Shown here piece after piece: positions 49,698-60,123 of a stretch of 64,000 bases of DNA. The translations under genes were made by a program, and so were the position numbers. Numbering within the stretch: the stretch's first letter is position 1; every line of letters starts with the position of its first letter. This DNA is from Candidatus Micrarchaeia archaeon (GTDB lineage Archaea > Micrarchaeota > Micrarchaeia > CAILAH01), in assembly GCA_038874595.1 (NCBI GenBank), contig JAVZCB010000001.1:128001-192000 (forward strand), in the 5' to 3' direction. Under the pieces are notes generated by a model. The model was not told the DNA's origin and did no database searches. It was given only the letters and a program-made list of their open reading frames with translations.

Positions 49698-50015
49698 ATG
49701 GTCGATGAGCTCAATTCACAGAGTTTTGATACTGCAATAAAAGATGGGAAATTTGTGCTTGTAGATTTTTGGGCACCCTGGTGTGGCCCATGCAGGGCAG
49801 TTGCACCGATAGTTGAAAAGATTGCAGAGATATATTCAGGCAAACTCAAAGTATACAAAGTGAATGTTGATGAGGCGCCAGAGCTCGCACAGCGTTTTGG
49901 CGTTATGGGTATACCATCTTTGATGCTGTTTAAAGATGGCCAGCTTAAAGATAAGATAGTAGGTGCAATGCCTCTTGAAGGCCTAAGGAAGTTCATTGAC
50001 AAGAATCTACAATAG
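49698..50015 (+). CDS. trxA: Thioredoxin
   Basis: DFWAPWCGPC, GIPSL. Confidence 0.96.
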   Translation: MVDELNSQSFDTAIKDGKFVLVDFWAPWCGPCRAVAPIVEKIAEIYSGKLKVYKVNVDEAPELAQRFGVMGIPSLMLFKDGQLKDKIVGAMPLEGLRKFIDKNLQ

Positions 50016-50062
50016 GGCGGATTTGAAAATGTTTATAAATATGTACAGTTCCTTTTACCCGC

Positions 50063-50647
50063 ATGGTTGAAAGTAACACCAAAAAGCCAGGATTGCTTGC
50101 AAAGCTGAAGAAGCTCTTTGCTAGGGATGATGCAAAAGAGGCCAGTGGCGCGGCAAGCGACCGCACCAAAACACTTAATCAAATGAAAGCAGATGCTGAC
50201 ACGCTTATACAGAAAAGACAAACCGATGTAGAAGAGGCATATAATACCGTGCCTTCCTCAATCAATAGTAAGGATTCCTGGGGTAGATCCTTCTCAGGCA
50301 TTCATGAGATATATAGAAAGCACACCCCTTTTGGTATAGTTAAGACTAACGGCAGGGAGATTGAGATAGAGCATTTTGACTTGAGCCTGCTTGAATTGAT
50401 CAAGCAACATAAATTGATACCGCTGTTCGAAAACATAAATAATCATTCGATAATTGGGTATTACGAAATAAACATTGCAACTTTACGGGTCTCTAATGCG
50501 CACAAATTTACAAAAGAGGGTAAGGAACACGCGTTTGGTATCCTGCGCGCAAGCATAAGCAAGAGCGCTTATGAAGGTAGAATGTCTGAAAAGGACCTTC
50601 TCGAAATAGATACGCTCATGCTGAAGCTTGAAAAATACAAAAAATAG
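50063..50647 (+). CDS. Hypothetical protein
   Basis: 194-aa ORF with upstream TATA box (tttataaa ~50032). Confidence 0.6.
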   Translation: MVESNTKKPGLLAKLKKLFARDDAKEASGAASDRTKTLNQMKADADTLIQKRQTDVEEAYNTVPSSINSKDSWGRSFSGIHEIYRKHTPFGIVKTNGREIEIEHFDLSLLELIKQHKLIPLFENINNHSIIGYYEINIATLRVSNAHKFTKEGKEHAFGILRASISKSAYEGRMSEKDLLEIDTLMLKLEKYKK

Positions 50648-50659
50648 TTTTTTTATCTT

Positions 50660-51142
50660 TTATTGCTTATTTTCTGACAGCATAACGGCAATCTCCTTTA
50701 AAGGTCCTTCGCATTTTGACAGTAGGTATTTCTGGTCAATGTCATTGTTCTTAATATCTTTTATATCAAGGTCAGTAAATGCACATATCCCATCTGCACC
50801 CTCCAGGCCCTGTGCAAACATTTGATATTGTGGTGGGAGCTGTGAGGTATCAATACTAACCACTTTTAAGTAAACTATGCACTCATCATTTACCGAGCGC
50901 CCTCTTATTTCTGCATGTACCTGTGTCCCGTTAATTACAGTGTCAAACTGCGACGGCACACATTCACCAAAATTGTTATTCATACACTCTATTGAATTGC
51001 ACACCTCAAATTGTGCCGGGTTCTTTAATTGATACCTTTGATTTCCAAACCCGGCTTCCTGCCATCCATTGCCGCATATCCCACACATACCTACCAGAAG
51101 CAGTAAAGGAATTGCTATAATTGCCTTTTCCATATGATTCAA
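50660..51142 (-). CDS. Secreted/lipoprotein-like hypothetical protein
   Basis: Signal IPLLLLVGMCGIC; Cys pattern C..C..C, CEGPL. Confidence 0.65.
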   Translation of the reverse strand: MNHMEKAIIAIPLLLLVGMCGICGNGWQEAGFGNQRYQLKNPAQFEVCNSIECMNNNFGECVPSQFDTVINGTQVHAEIRGRSVNDECIVYLKVVSIDTSQLPPQYQMFAQGLEGADGICAFTDLDIKDIKNNDIDQKYLLSKCEGPLKEIAVMLSENKQ

Positions 51143-51184
51143 TTTTACGTTAAAGCTTAAATGCTTGCAGTTCTCAATAGCACC

Positions 51185-51832
51185 ATGCTTGACACAGAAA
51201 CAAAGGATGAAATAAGAAAACGGCTTTCTGCTATGCGGAATGAGGTTGAGATACTGTTTTTTCCCGGTCCCGATGAGAACTCAATACGCTTACACGAGCT
51301 ATTAGCTGAACTTAGCGGTATCACACCAAAACTTAAAGTTGTATTTTATGATGAAACTGCACCCGAGACCGCCAGCTTTTCAATACAAAACGTCCCTGTG
51401 ATGGTATTCCGCGGGCCGGGCATAAAAGGAGACGCAAGATTTTATGGGTTCCCAGGAGGCCTCGAATTTCCTATGTTTATAGAGTTTATAGCGCTTGCAG
51501 GAAGTACAGAACGCACAGGGCCGCTAACAGGCGTTATACCTCTTGTGAAGGATACGCTTCTTGTGGAATCACTTGTCTCCCCAACGTGTCACTTCTGCCC
51601 TACGGCAGCATATCTTACACTTAAGCTTGCAACGATGGGTGAGCATATCAAAGGGTATGTGTATGAGATACAAGAATTCCCGCACCTTGCACAGAAATAC
51701 CAGGTCCAGGCAGTTCCAAGGACTATAATAAATGAGGGAAAGCTGGATATACGCGGTGCACAGCCTGAGGATGTTCTCGCAATGCTCATTAAGAAGATGC
51801 TTACAGGGCAGCTTAACACAAATAACAACTAA
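51185..51832 (+). CDS. Protein disulfide oxidoreductase (two thioredoxin folds, PDO/AhpF-N-like)
   Basis: RFYGFPGGLEF, SPTCHFCP, YQVQAVP, GAQPE; N-terminal CxxC absent. Confidence 0.85.
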   Translation: MLDTETKDEIRKRLSAMRNEVEILFFPGPDENSIRLHELLAELSGITPKLKVVFYDETAPETASFSIQNVPVMVFRGPGIKGDARFYGFPGGLEFPMFIEFIALAGSTERTGPLTGVIPLVKDTLLVESLVSPTCHFCPTAAYLTLKLATMGEHIKGYVYEIQEFPHLAQKYQVQAVPRTIINEGKLDIRGAQPEDVLAMLIKKMLTGQLNTNNN

Positions 51833-51887
51833 AATGCAACTGCGCTGGATTCATTACATGTTCAACACCCAAATGTGTTATGTTTAG

Positions 51888-52778
51888 CTACTCCAGTTTA
51901 AGTATGTCATTTATTTGCTCAACACTTTTACAATGACTTATTTTTTCTCTGATATCTGCGGCACCGCCAAAACCTCTTATTATCTGCAGTGCCTTTTGCC
52001 GTATATCATTCACATTGCAAGTGCCAAGCTGATTGCATACTTCAATATACTCCCTAATAGTATCTAGGCAATCGCCTTTTTCGCGCGCCATTAAATTCGA
52101 AAAGCATTTCGGATTGCCCATTGCGGCCCGCCCGATCATAAATGCATCACAGTATCCATCTTTAATTTTTTCTTCACCATCTTTCCTGCAAGTTAGGTCA
52201 CCGTTCCCAACTAAAGGCACATCAACAGCATCTTTTACACATCGGATCTCCTCCCAATCAGCTTTTCCAGAGTACCCTTGCTTTGGTGTTCGCCCGTGCA
52301 CAGTAATAAAATCAATACCCTCCTCAGCAATCGCTCTTGCAAACGCAATCGTTTCTTCGTGTGCCCCAGCAAGCCGCATCTTAATCGAAAGAACTTTAAT
52401 CCCTGCACGCATTTGCCTTATAATATCAGCCACAGTATCCGGGGACTTAAGAAGCGCACTACCTGCACCTGGCTCACATACTCTATAAGACGGGCAACCG
52501 CAGTTTAAATCAACCCATTTCAGCGAAGGAAATTTTTGTAATAACACATCCAGTGCAATTTTGAAATCGGCTGGGCGCGCCCCAAACAGCTGTATACCAT
52601 CATCAAACTCAGGGCTGTAATCAATCTTCTCCGCATAGCGAGGATTACGTGCGATAGCGGTCGCACTTACAAGAGGTACAACCACCAAATCAGCACCGTA
52701 CTTTTTGCAGAGTTTCCTAAAAGGTGCCGTTGTATACTCGCTCAACGGTGCAAGAATCGCCTTGTTTTTTATATTCAT
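51888..52778 (-). CDS. dus: tRNA-dihydrouridine synthase
   Basis: LAPL, QLFG, DLNCGCP, GAGSALL, VHGRT, GNGD, MIGRAAMGNP. Confidence 0.93.
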   Translation of the reverse strand: MNIKNKAILAPLSEYTTAPFRKLCKKYGADLVVVPLVSATAIARNPRYAEKIDYSPEFDDGIQLFGARPADFKIALDVLLQKFPSLKWVDLNCGCPSYRVCEPGAGSALLKSPDTVADIIRQMRAGIKVLSIKMRLAGAHEETIAFARAIAEEGIDFITVHGRTPKQGYSGKADWEEIRCVKDAVDVPLVGNGDLTCRKDGEEKIKDGYCDAFMIGRAAMGNPKCFSNLMAREKGDCLDTIREYIEVCNQLGTCNVNDIRQKALQIIRGFGGAADIREKISHCKSVEQINDILKLE

Positions 52779-52791
52779 TATGCACACCAAA

Positions 52792-54525
52792 TTACTCAGA
52801 ACGCTTGAATTTTTTCTCAATGTCCCCCCAACTCATCCTTATGGTTGTTGGCCTCCCATGGGGGCAAGTATAAGGATTCCTGCATCTGGCAAGCGCTGCA
52901 AGAAGTGCGTTCATCTCAGGAATGGTAAGCTCATCACCTCCCTTGATAGCTTTCCTACACGCACGTGTGGCAATCCTGTGGTCAAGCGTCTCATCAATCG
53001 TAACTGGCCCGTTAGCATTTTCCCTTAATTCATCTAGCACATCGCGGATAACTTCTGCATCAAAAGCTTTCCCAAAAAGTGCCGGAATAGATATCAGTGC
53101 ATACTCGCTCCTTCCAGCCATCTCAACAAAAAACCCATACCTTTCAAGCAAATTTTTGTTTTGCTCTATTATTTTCTCATCATCGTGGCCAACCGTAAAC
53201 AGGAAAGGCTTAAGCAACTTGTTCACAGCAACAGCATTCTCCTTGAGCTGCTGCGTAAACTTCTCATAAAAAACGCGCTCTTGAGCCGCGTGCTGGTCTA
53301 TCAGCACTAAACCATCATTATCATACCCTATTATGTAGGTCTTGTTTAACTGCCCCAATGCACGAATGTATAAAAATTCTTCGCCTGGTTGTGTAATGCT
53401 CTTTTTCTCCTCAGAGTGGCCTGATTTATGAGTGTTTGTAACTGTATCGGTTAATACGGTTTGTAATCCTTTTTCTGTGGCATATGCATGTGCCGGCCTG
53501 GACATCTTACCATCCGCGCTTGCTATTATTGTTTGGCTGCTGCCCTGAAGAGATTTTTGTATGGCATTGATAATCATATCCTCAATAAAATGCTCATTCT
53601 TAAATTTGACCTCTTCTTTTGATGGGTGTATGTTTACATCAATCATCTCAGGAGAAAGCCTTATGTGAAGTATTGCAACAGGATATCTTCCAAGGAATAT
53701 CTTGTCTGAATACCCACGCTCAACTGCACTGGTGATTGTGCTGCTTTTCACGAGCCGCCCGTTTATGAATATTACCTGATACTCCCTCGTCTTTCTCGAG
53801 TATCCAATTTTAGATACGTATCCACTTATGCGTATATTTTCATTATGATGCTCAACCCGGATTACATTTTCTGCAGTTTCCTGGCCGAAAGCATGAAACA
53901 CTTTCCCAAGCTCATCACACTGTGGCGATCGAAACACCTCAGTACCATCCTTGTATAGCGTGAATGCTATGTTTGGGCTGGCAAGTGAGTACTTTGTAAC
54001 AAGTGACATAATCTTAGATGCCTCTGCCTCATCTGACTTAAGAAAGTTTAAGCGCACCGGAAACCTGCTGAACAGGTTCCGCACCTCAACAATAGTGCCC
54101 CTAACAATCGGTGATTCCTGGATTTTGGTTGGTATCCCATCATCACCAAATTCGGCTGCGTACCCAATATTAGCGCCATTTTTTATAGATTGCACCGAAA
54201 GCACACTCACAGCCGCAATGCTCGCAAGGGCCTCACCTCTAAACCCAAGAGTGCCTATCCTCTCAAGATCCTGGATGCTATGCACCTTGCTGGTTGTGAA
54301 CCTCCTGCTGCATATTTCTAAGTCATTCCTATCCATCCCCTTGCCGTTATCAATTACCCTTACCAAACGTTTCCCGCCTTTCTCAATATATACTTTAATA
54401 TCATCTGCGCCGGCATCTATACTATTTTCAATAAGTTCTTTTACCACTGAGTATGGAGATGTAATTACTTCACCTGCAGCTATTTTCTCGCGCAACGCCT
54501 GCGGCATCTCAATTATTTCACCCAT
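52792..54525 (-). CDS. mutL: DNA mismatch repair endonuclease MutL
   Basis: IAAGEVI, VKELIENSIDAGA, GFRGEALASI, DVNIHPSK, DQHAAQERVFYE, ACR, CPHGRP. Confidence 0.97.
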   Translation of the reverse strand: MGEIIEMPQALREKIAAGEVITSPYSVVKELIENSIDAGADDIKVYIEKGGKRLVRVIDNGKGMDRNDLEICSRRFTTSKVHSIQDLERIGTLGFRGEALASIAAVSVLSVQSIKNGANIGYAAEFGDDGIPTKIQESPIVRGTIVEVRNLFSRFPVRLNFLKSDEAEASKIMSLVTKYSLASPNIAFTLYKDGTEVFRSPQCDELGKVFHAFGQETAENVIRVEHHNENIRISGYVSKIGYSRKTREYQVIFINGRLVKSSTITSAVERGYSDKIFLGRYPVAILHIRLSPEMIDVNIHPSKEEVKFKNEHFIEDMIINAIQKSLQGSSQTIIASADGKMSRPAHAYATEKGLQTVLTDTVTNTHKSGHSEEKKSITQPGEEFLYIRALGQLNKTYIIGYDNDGLVLIDQHAAQERVFYEKFTQQLKENAVAVNKLLKPFLFTVGHDDEKIIEQNKNLLERYGFFVEMAGRSEYALISIPALFGKAFDAEVIRDVLDELRENANGPVTIDETLDHRIATRACRKAIKGGDELTIPEMNALLAALARCRNPYTCPHGRPTTIRMSWGDIEKKFKRSE

Positions 54526-54559
54526 ATAGATAACACCTAATTTTTCAAACCTTGCTAGG

Positions 54560-57082
54560 CTACCAGCTTTCAATGCTGGTTTGCCGGTCCTCTCTCAGGC
54601 TCTTTTTGCCGTGTGCAAGCCTATGCAGTGTCTCTTTGTGCACGAAATCGTTCTGTTCCAAGCTTTTTGAGAGCTGTGCTGCCTTGTCAACAACTTCGCG
54701 TGGCAGGCCGGCAATCCTGGCTACGTGCACACCATAACTCTTATCAGTGCCGCCCTGCACAAGCTTATGCAGAAATACAACGGAATTCCCGCTTTCCTCA
54801 ACTGAGACATTGTAGTTGTTTATGTATGGGTACTTTACAGAAAGCAGGTTAAGAAGATGATAATGTGTTGCAAACATCGTCTTGCATTTTATTTTTTCTG
54901 CTATATATTCAATGATTGCCCACGCGATAGCCATCCCGTCATAAGTAGATGTGCCCCTGCCGACCTCATCAAGAATAACCAAAGAGCGGCTTGTCGCATT
55001 GTTAAGTATGTTTGCGCATTCAACCATCTCTGCCATAAACGTAGACTGGCCACGGGTAATATCATCGCGTGCTCCAACACGCGTGAACACCCTGTCTATC
55101 AAAGGTATCTGTGCGCTTTCAGCAGGCACAAAACAACCTATGTGTGCCATTATAGAAATTAGCGCAACCTGTCGCATCACTGTTGATTTCCCAGCCATAT
55201 TTGGGCCGGTGATTACCATGATTAGGTTATCATTATCAAGCCTTGTATCGTTAGGCACAAAATTTATTGTAACCCTCTCAACCACTGGGTGCCTACCGCC
55301 AATTATTACGAGCGCCCCATCTTCAATAATCGTAGGCCTTTTGTACCTGTTTTCATAAGATACCTTTGCAAAGCTCTGGTATATGTCAAGCTCTGCAATA
55401 TATGAAGAAAGGGCGTACATCCTGCTTGTGTACCCACTAAGGTATTCTACAATCTTATCATAAATCTCCTGCTCAAGCTCCTTGATTCTCTCCTCTGCGT
55501 TGAGGACCATAACCTCCGCTTCTTTCAGCCTTGGGGAAATAAACCGCTCACTTGCAAGCTGTGTCTGCTTGCGTATGTATTCCTGAGGCACTTTATCAGC
55601 CTGGCTTTTTGGGACTTCAATAAAATATCCTATTATCTTGTTGTATCTTATCTTCAGTGTTTTTATTCCTGTCCTCTCCCGCTCTTCCTCCTCGAGCTTC
55701 TCCAGCCATTGGTGTGAGTTTCCAATCATATCTCTTAACTGGTCCAGCTCATCAGAATATCCTTTCTTAATCACGCCACCTTCGCGTACGAGCTGTTTTG
55801 TGTTTTCATCTATCCCTATCCCTATCTGCTTTACCACATCATCAAGTGGCTCCGAAGCGATAAACTCATCAAAGAATTTCCCATGCATCTTATACTCAGC
55901 AAGCATCTGCTTCAGCTCGTTTGCCTTCTCGATTGACTGTTTAAGCATCAGCAACTCACGAGGTAGTACGCTTCTGTAATTAATGCGGGTTGCAATCCTC
56001 TCTATATCACCTATGGATGAGAGTGTGCTTCTTATCTTTTCGAGATGTATCGGATTGAGCGTAAGCGCTTCAACATTATCAAGCCGTTCATCAATCCTCT
56101 TCTTATCCAGCAGCGGTGAAGAGAGCCAGCGCTTGAGCATACGCCCGCCCATCGGTGTCACAGTCCTGTCAAGCACGCTTAAAAGTGTGCCCTTTTCACT
56201 TCCATCGGCTTGGTTCACAAGCAGGTCAAGATTGCGCATTGTTGTAGCATCAATAACCATATTCTTAGAAGTGCTATAATACGAAATCTTGTGCAGCCTA
56301 GGTAGTGTAGACCCAGCAGCAGTGTATTCCATATATGAAAGCATTCCTGAAACTGCCCTCTTCGCATATGGGAACTCTTCTAACCCATAAGGCGCAAAAG
56401 ATGCAGCACTGCCTGATTTGGATAAAACATACTCTCCGTTTTTCTCATCAAACTTGTACGCTTCAATCTCAGTCCTCTTAAACCCATACTCGCGCTCCAG
56501 CCTATCGAGCCAATCATATTCCTGCGTTGCGCCTTTTGGCAGTATAACTTCCGCTGGCCGGTACTTCTCAAACTCAGTATCAATACCATCTTTTGCAAGC
56601 TCAGTTGTGAACGCCTCACCTGTCGAGATATCACAGGCACACAGGCCTATCTTACCTCCATCTGAAAATATACTAAGAATATAGTTGTTTGCTTTCTCGT
56701 TCATCAGTGCAGGCTCAATCAGCGTCCCGGGGGTTATTACCCTTACGACACCCCTCTTTACCAATCCTTTGGCCTTGCGTGGGTCTTCAAGCTGCTCAGC
56801 TATAACTACCTTGTGCCCTTTTCCCATAAGCTTTTTCAAGTACTGCTCAAGTGCGTGGTAAGGTATGCCCGCAAGCGGCGCCTTCGCATCATTCTTCCCG
56901 CGTGATGTGAGGACTATCTGCAGGTCGCGCGATACTATTTTTGCATCCTCATAGAACGTCTCGTAAAAATCACCCATCCTGAATAAAACTAAGCAATCAG
57001 GATACTTCTTTTTTATCTCCCAATACTGTGCCATTGCAGGAGTAATCCTCCCTGTAACGCTTTCCCCCACCATCGCTTCCAT
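54560..57082 (-). CDS. mutS: DNA mismatch repair protein MutS (MutS1)
   Basis: TPAMAQY, FRMGDFYETF, TGPNMAGKST, STFMAEM, LDEVGRGTST, FATHY, SYGVHVA. Confidence 0.97.
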   Translation of the reverse strand: MEAMVGESVTGRITPAMAQYWEIKKKYPDCLVLFRMGDFYETFYEDAKIVSRDLQIVLTSRGKNDAKAPLAGIPYHALEQYLKKLMGKGHKVVIAEQLEDPRKAKGLVKRGVVRVITPGTLIEPALMNEKANNYILSIFSDGGKIGLCACDISTGEAFTTELAKDGIDTEFEKYRPAEVILPKGATQEYDWLDRLEREYGFKRTEIEAYKFDEKNGEYVLSKSGSAASFAPYGLEEFPYAKRAVSGMLSYMEYTAAGSTLPRLHKISYYSTSKNMVIDATTMRNLDLLVNQADGSEKGTLLSVLDRTVTPMGGRMLKRWLSSPLLDKKRIDERLDNVEALTLNPIHLEKIRSTLSSIGDIERIATRINYRSVLPRELLMLKQSIEKANELKQMLAEYKMHGKFFDEFIASEPLDDVVKQIGIGIDENTKQLVREGGVIKKGYSDELDQLRDMIGNSHQWLEKLEEEERERTGIKTLKIRYNKIIGYFIEVPKSQADKVPQEYIRKQTQLASERFISPRLKEAEVMVLNAEERIKELEQEIYDKIVEYLSGYTSRMYALSSYIAELDIYQSFAKVSYENRYKRPTIIEDGALVIIGGRHPVVERVTINFVPNDTRLDNDNLIMVITGPNMAGKSTVMRQVALISIMAHIGCFVPAESAQIPLIDRVFTRVGARDDITRGQSTFMAEMVECANILNNATSRSLVILDEVGRGTSTYDGMAIAWAIIEYIAEKIKCKTMFATHYHLLNLLSVKYPYINNYNVSVEESGNSVVFLHKLVQGGTDKSYGVHVARIAGLPREVVDKAAQLSKSLEQNDFVHKETLHRLAHGKKSLREDRQTSIESW

Positions 57083-57117
57083 TAGGAATTGATTATTTTT
57101 AATGGTTTACCTGCTGC

Positions 57118-57459
57118 CTAACGTTCCCCGCTATTTTTAACAAGGTTTGAAACGGTTATCCAGTCATCAATTATAGTCTTTGCATTACCTAGGCACTCCT
57201 CCATCATCAATTCGCTCTCCAGCCCGTACTTAAGCTCTCCTGCAAGAACAATCCCTAGTGATGCAGCATCCTCCTGCCTGCATATCTTCTCAAGCTCTTC
57301 TATTTTTGGAGCAAGCCGTGGAAATTCTGCCTTTGCCTTTGTAACCGCCTCCGTCAACTCCTTATCGTATTTCCCACCTGCAAGCTTTTCGGTGCAGGTC
57401 CTTAGAAAAGTCACCTGTATCCGTACTTCCTCAGGGTCTGGTTTTTTGCTTTTTGTCAT
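57118..57459 (-). CDS. Small hypothetical helical protein
   Basis: 113 aa; AGGTGA RBS; starts 11 bp after the upstream stop. Confidence 0.7.
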   Translation of the reverse strand: MTKSKKPDPEEVRIQVTFLRTCTEKLAGGKYDKELTEAVTKAKAEFPRLAPKIEELEKICRQEDAASLGIVLAGELKYGLESELMMEECLGNAKTIIDDWITVSNLVKNSGER

Positions 57460-57470
57460 AATATCACCTT

Positions 57471-59369
57471 CTAATAACTCATAAAATAATGTAACATCGC
57501 AATGGAATCACGGGCCCACGGCGAAATATCGGCACCTTCCATATGAAGCCTTGCAATTGTACGATTGATATCTTTAACGCGCGGTAGAATCTGCTTAATC
57601 GTGTCTTCATTTACACCCATCCTGGAAAGCATCTTTGTAGTTACTATGTCATCAATTTCATCTGCGGTGCCCACAAAAAACCTAAGCTTTACTTTTGTAT
57701 TGCCTACAATTGCTTTTATCTCTAGCCCGTTTATCCTTGAGAGATTCTTTGCGACATCATCTGATTCAATGGAATATGTTAGTGCTGCCTTTTGGGATAT
57801 TGCCTTTGCCTCTTCCTTGGTTATTTTACCGCTGGATACGAGCGCATCAAACGCGGCAGCTGTCATGCTATCTGCATTTATATGACCAAACTGGTTAGCT
57901 GTGCTCGGCCCGATTAAGTTCAGGTTAGCCTGATGCACTGCTTTGTTGTTTGATTCAGTTATCTTCTTTAGCGCATTTTGCATTTTTGGGTCCTCAAATT
58001 CGTATAAAACCTTTATTTGCAACCCAGTTGTCCTCTCAGGTGGTGATTTTTTCATCAGCTTAACTTTGCGCAGCCCATCAACAAAATTGTACACAATCTT
58101 CTTTTCTGAATCTGACAACGATTTAAGCGAATGCTGAATCTCAGCATCATTAATCAGCTCGCTTAAGCTAAACGGAACTTCCTTGCCAGCACTCTTGTAC
58201 ATAACCTTGCCTTCCCTAATAACAATATCTGTTGAGAGTATTGATGCTTTGGCACATTTTTCCTCAAACCCAAGCGAGCTTTTAATCCCATATCTCTTAA
58301 AAACCTCTTTTGCTGACTCCTTAAGCGCACCTTGTATTTCTTTCTCAAGCCCTTTTCGGCCGAGTATAACTACCTCATCACCCTTCTCAGTAATCCTGAC
58401 TACATATAAGCCTTTATTACTGAGCTTTTTCATTGCCTCAAAATAAACCAGAAGCCCAAGATCACCGGCTTTTGTGTCTATACCGTTAAGCAACCACGTA
58501 CCGCTCTTGTCAAGCACGTATACACATCCATCCTTAGCAATCTCTTCAATGTTCGCGTATTTTTTAACCAGCATATCAAGCGAGCCATCAACCTTTTCCA
58601 GTGACTTAAAAATGCTTTCTGTATGATATGGAATCGATTTACGGGCGACCTCTAGCTTATCGGTCACTTCCGCAGGGATTTGTTTCACAAAATCATCTGC
58701 CCGCCTAATTACCTCTTCTGTTGATTTTAGCCCAAACAGCTTTTCGACTGCGCGGCCCTTATTCAACTTTTTGATTAATTTTATTGAGGCGGCACCGCCG
58801 GGAATAAGCATGAGCGCACCTACAATATATAGGTTTATGCGCGCAAGTGATGCATTCTCGCCTTCCTTAACTGCCTTATCATAATCAAGCATTGCAGTGG
58901 TAACAGCCACCGGCCCACCGACTACCGGGACTGATTCTGCAGCTGTTCTCATAGCTTCTTTTTTGAGCATTGCCCACGGTGAATTTTTCAAATAGTCATC
59001 AAGAAATTTTTTTGTCTTAAGATTCAGCTCATACGCTTGTTTTGACCTGTTGAGCGCAAAATCCTTAATCTCATATGCGGACAGTGCTAAACTAGATTCG
59101 TTAAGCTCCTTTATCAAGTGGTCAACCTGCTTAATCACAGACTTGCAGTTTTCTTCTGCAGCAATTAATTGTATATGCTGCGGGGACTCCTTTCTCAGCT
59201 CTTGTGTAGTTTTCAAGTAATACTCAGCCGATTTCTTAATTGATGTGAGGTATTTGAGCGCATTCAGGTATGCCTGCACTTTCTCTATCTGGGCAAACAT
59301 CTGCATCTGCTCTTCTTGAGTTAGGATGTTTCCAGATGGCTGTTGCTGTAGCATCTCTTTGGTAGGCAT
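57471..59369 (-). CDS. Large hypothetical protein with pre-toxin-like hairpin and degenerate GGDEF-like domains
   Basis: ESVPVVGGP..LMLIPGG; VYVLDK..LLN..AGD..VVRITEKGDEVVIL; TANQFGHINAD; likely start ATG 59369. Confidence 0.6.
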   Translation of the reverse strand: MPTKEMLQQQPSGNILTQEEQMQMFAQIEKVQAYLNALKYLTSIKKSAEYYLKTTQELRKESPQHIQLIAAEENCKSVIKQVDHLIKELNESSLALSAYEIKDFALNRSKQAYELNLKTKKFLDDYLKNSPWAMLKKEAMRTAAESVPVVGGPVAVTTAMLDYDKAVKEGENASLARINLYIVGALMLIPGGAASIKLIKKLNKGRAVEKLFGLKSTEEVIRRADDFVKQIPAEVTDKLEVARKSIPYHTESIFKSLEKVDGSLDMLVKKYANIEEIAKDGCVYVLDKSGTWLLNGIDTKAGDLGLLVYFEAMKKLSNKGLYVVRITEKGDEVVILGRKGLEKEIQGALKESAKEVFKRYGIKSSLGFEEKCAKASILSTDIVIREGKVMYKSAGKEVPFSLSELINDAEIQHSLKSLSDSEKKIVYNFVDGLRKVKLMKKSPPERTTGLQIKVLYEFEDPKMQNALKKITESNNKAVHQANLNLIGPSTANQFGHINADSMTAAAFDALVSSGKITKEEAKAISQKAALTYSIESDDVAKNLSRINGLEIKAIVGNTKVKLRFFVGTADEIDDIVTTKMLSRMGVNEDTIKQILPRVKDINRTIARLHMEGADISPWARDSIAMLHYFMSY

Positions 59370-59420
59370 AATATGACTATTGAGCTCTATGCTTAAATAG
59401 TTTTCCGGCAAGGTAATCTT

Positions 59421-60113
59421 ATGCCTTCGTTTTGTGTTTATGCAAATATGCAAAAAGACTGGGCTGTTGAAATGGTAATGGATATATCACAGCTGCTCAT
59501 GAAAAATGGATATTCATATACAAAAGACCGCCCGGATTTCACGATTGTAATTGGGGGTGATGGGACACTGTACCATTACCTCAGCGAGCTCAAAGGCAAG
59601 GTCCTGCTTATCGGCTCTGAAACAACTTACCGCTCACAGCTAAACAACAAAAACTGGAAATCACGCATAATCAGGCTGTTAAGGCGTGGCAAATCAGTAA
59701 GATTGCCTTTGCTTGATGTTCGGTCTGAGGGTGTAATAATCGGTAGGGCGATGAATGATGTGGTGTTTCATACCAACGACCATAACATCGTAAAAATAAA
59801 GTACATCATTGATAAGAAAGTGGTTGAATTTTGCGGTGATGGTCTTATCATCGCAACTCCTTTTGGCTCGTCTGCCTATTCATATTCTGCCGGTGGGAAA
59901 AAACTACCTCTTTCTTCATCATCACTTTCAATAACTCCAATTTGCCCATACCTGAAACGCGTCAAACCTAAAGTTTCAAATACAAATGAAATAGATGTTG
60001 TTGCACCATCAAACGCATCGCTTCTTTTGGATGGAAAGCTTGCAAGGGTCTCCTGCCAGGGAAGCATCTTCACAATAACAAAATCAAGCAGGCATGTTGA
60101 GTTCCTGCAGTAA
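59421..60113 (+). CDS. nadK: NAD kinase
   Basis: IGGDGTL, AMND, GDGLIIATPFGSSAYSYSAGG, LDG. Confidence 0.92.
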   Translation: MPSFCVYANMQKDWAVEMVMDISQLLMKNGYSYTKDRPDFTIVIGGDGTLYHYLSELKGKVLLIGSETTYRSQLNNKNWKSRIIRLLRRGKSVRLPLLDVRSEGVIIGRAMNDVVFHTNDHNIVKIKYIIDKKVVEFCGDGLIIATPFGSSAYSYSAGGKKLPLSSSSLSITPICPYLKRVKPKVSNTNEIDVVAPSNASLLLDGKLARVSCQGSIFTITKSSRHVEFLQ

Positions 60114-60123
60114 GCCTGAGCCT

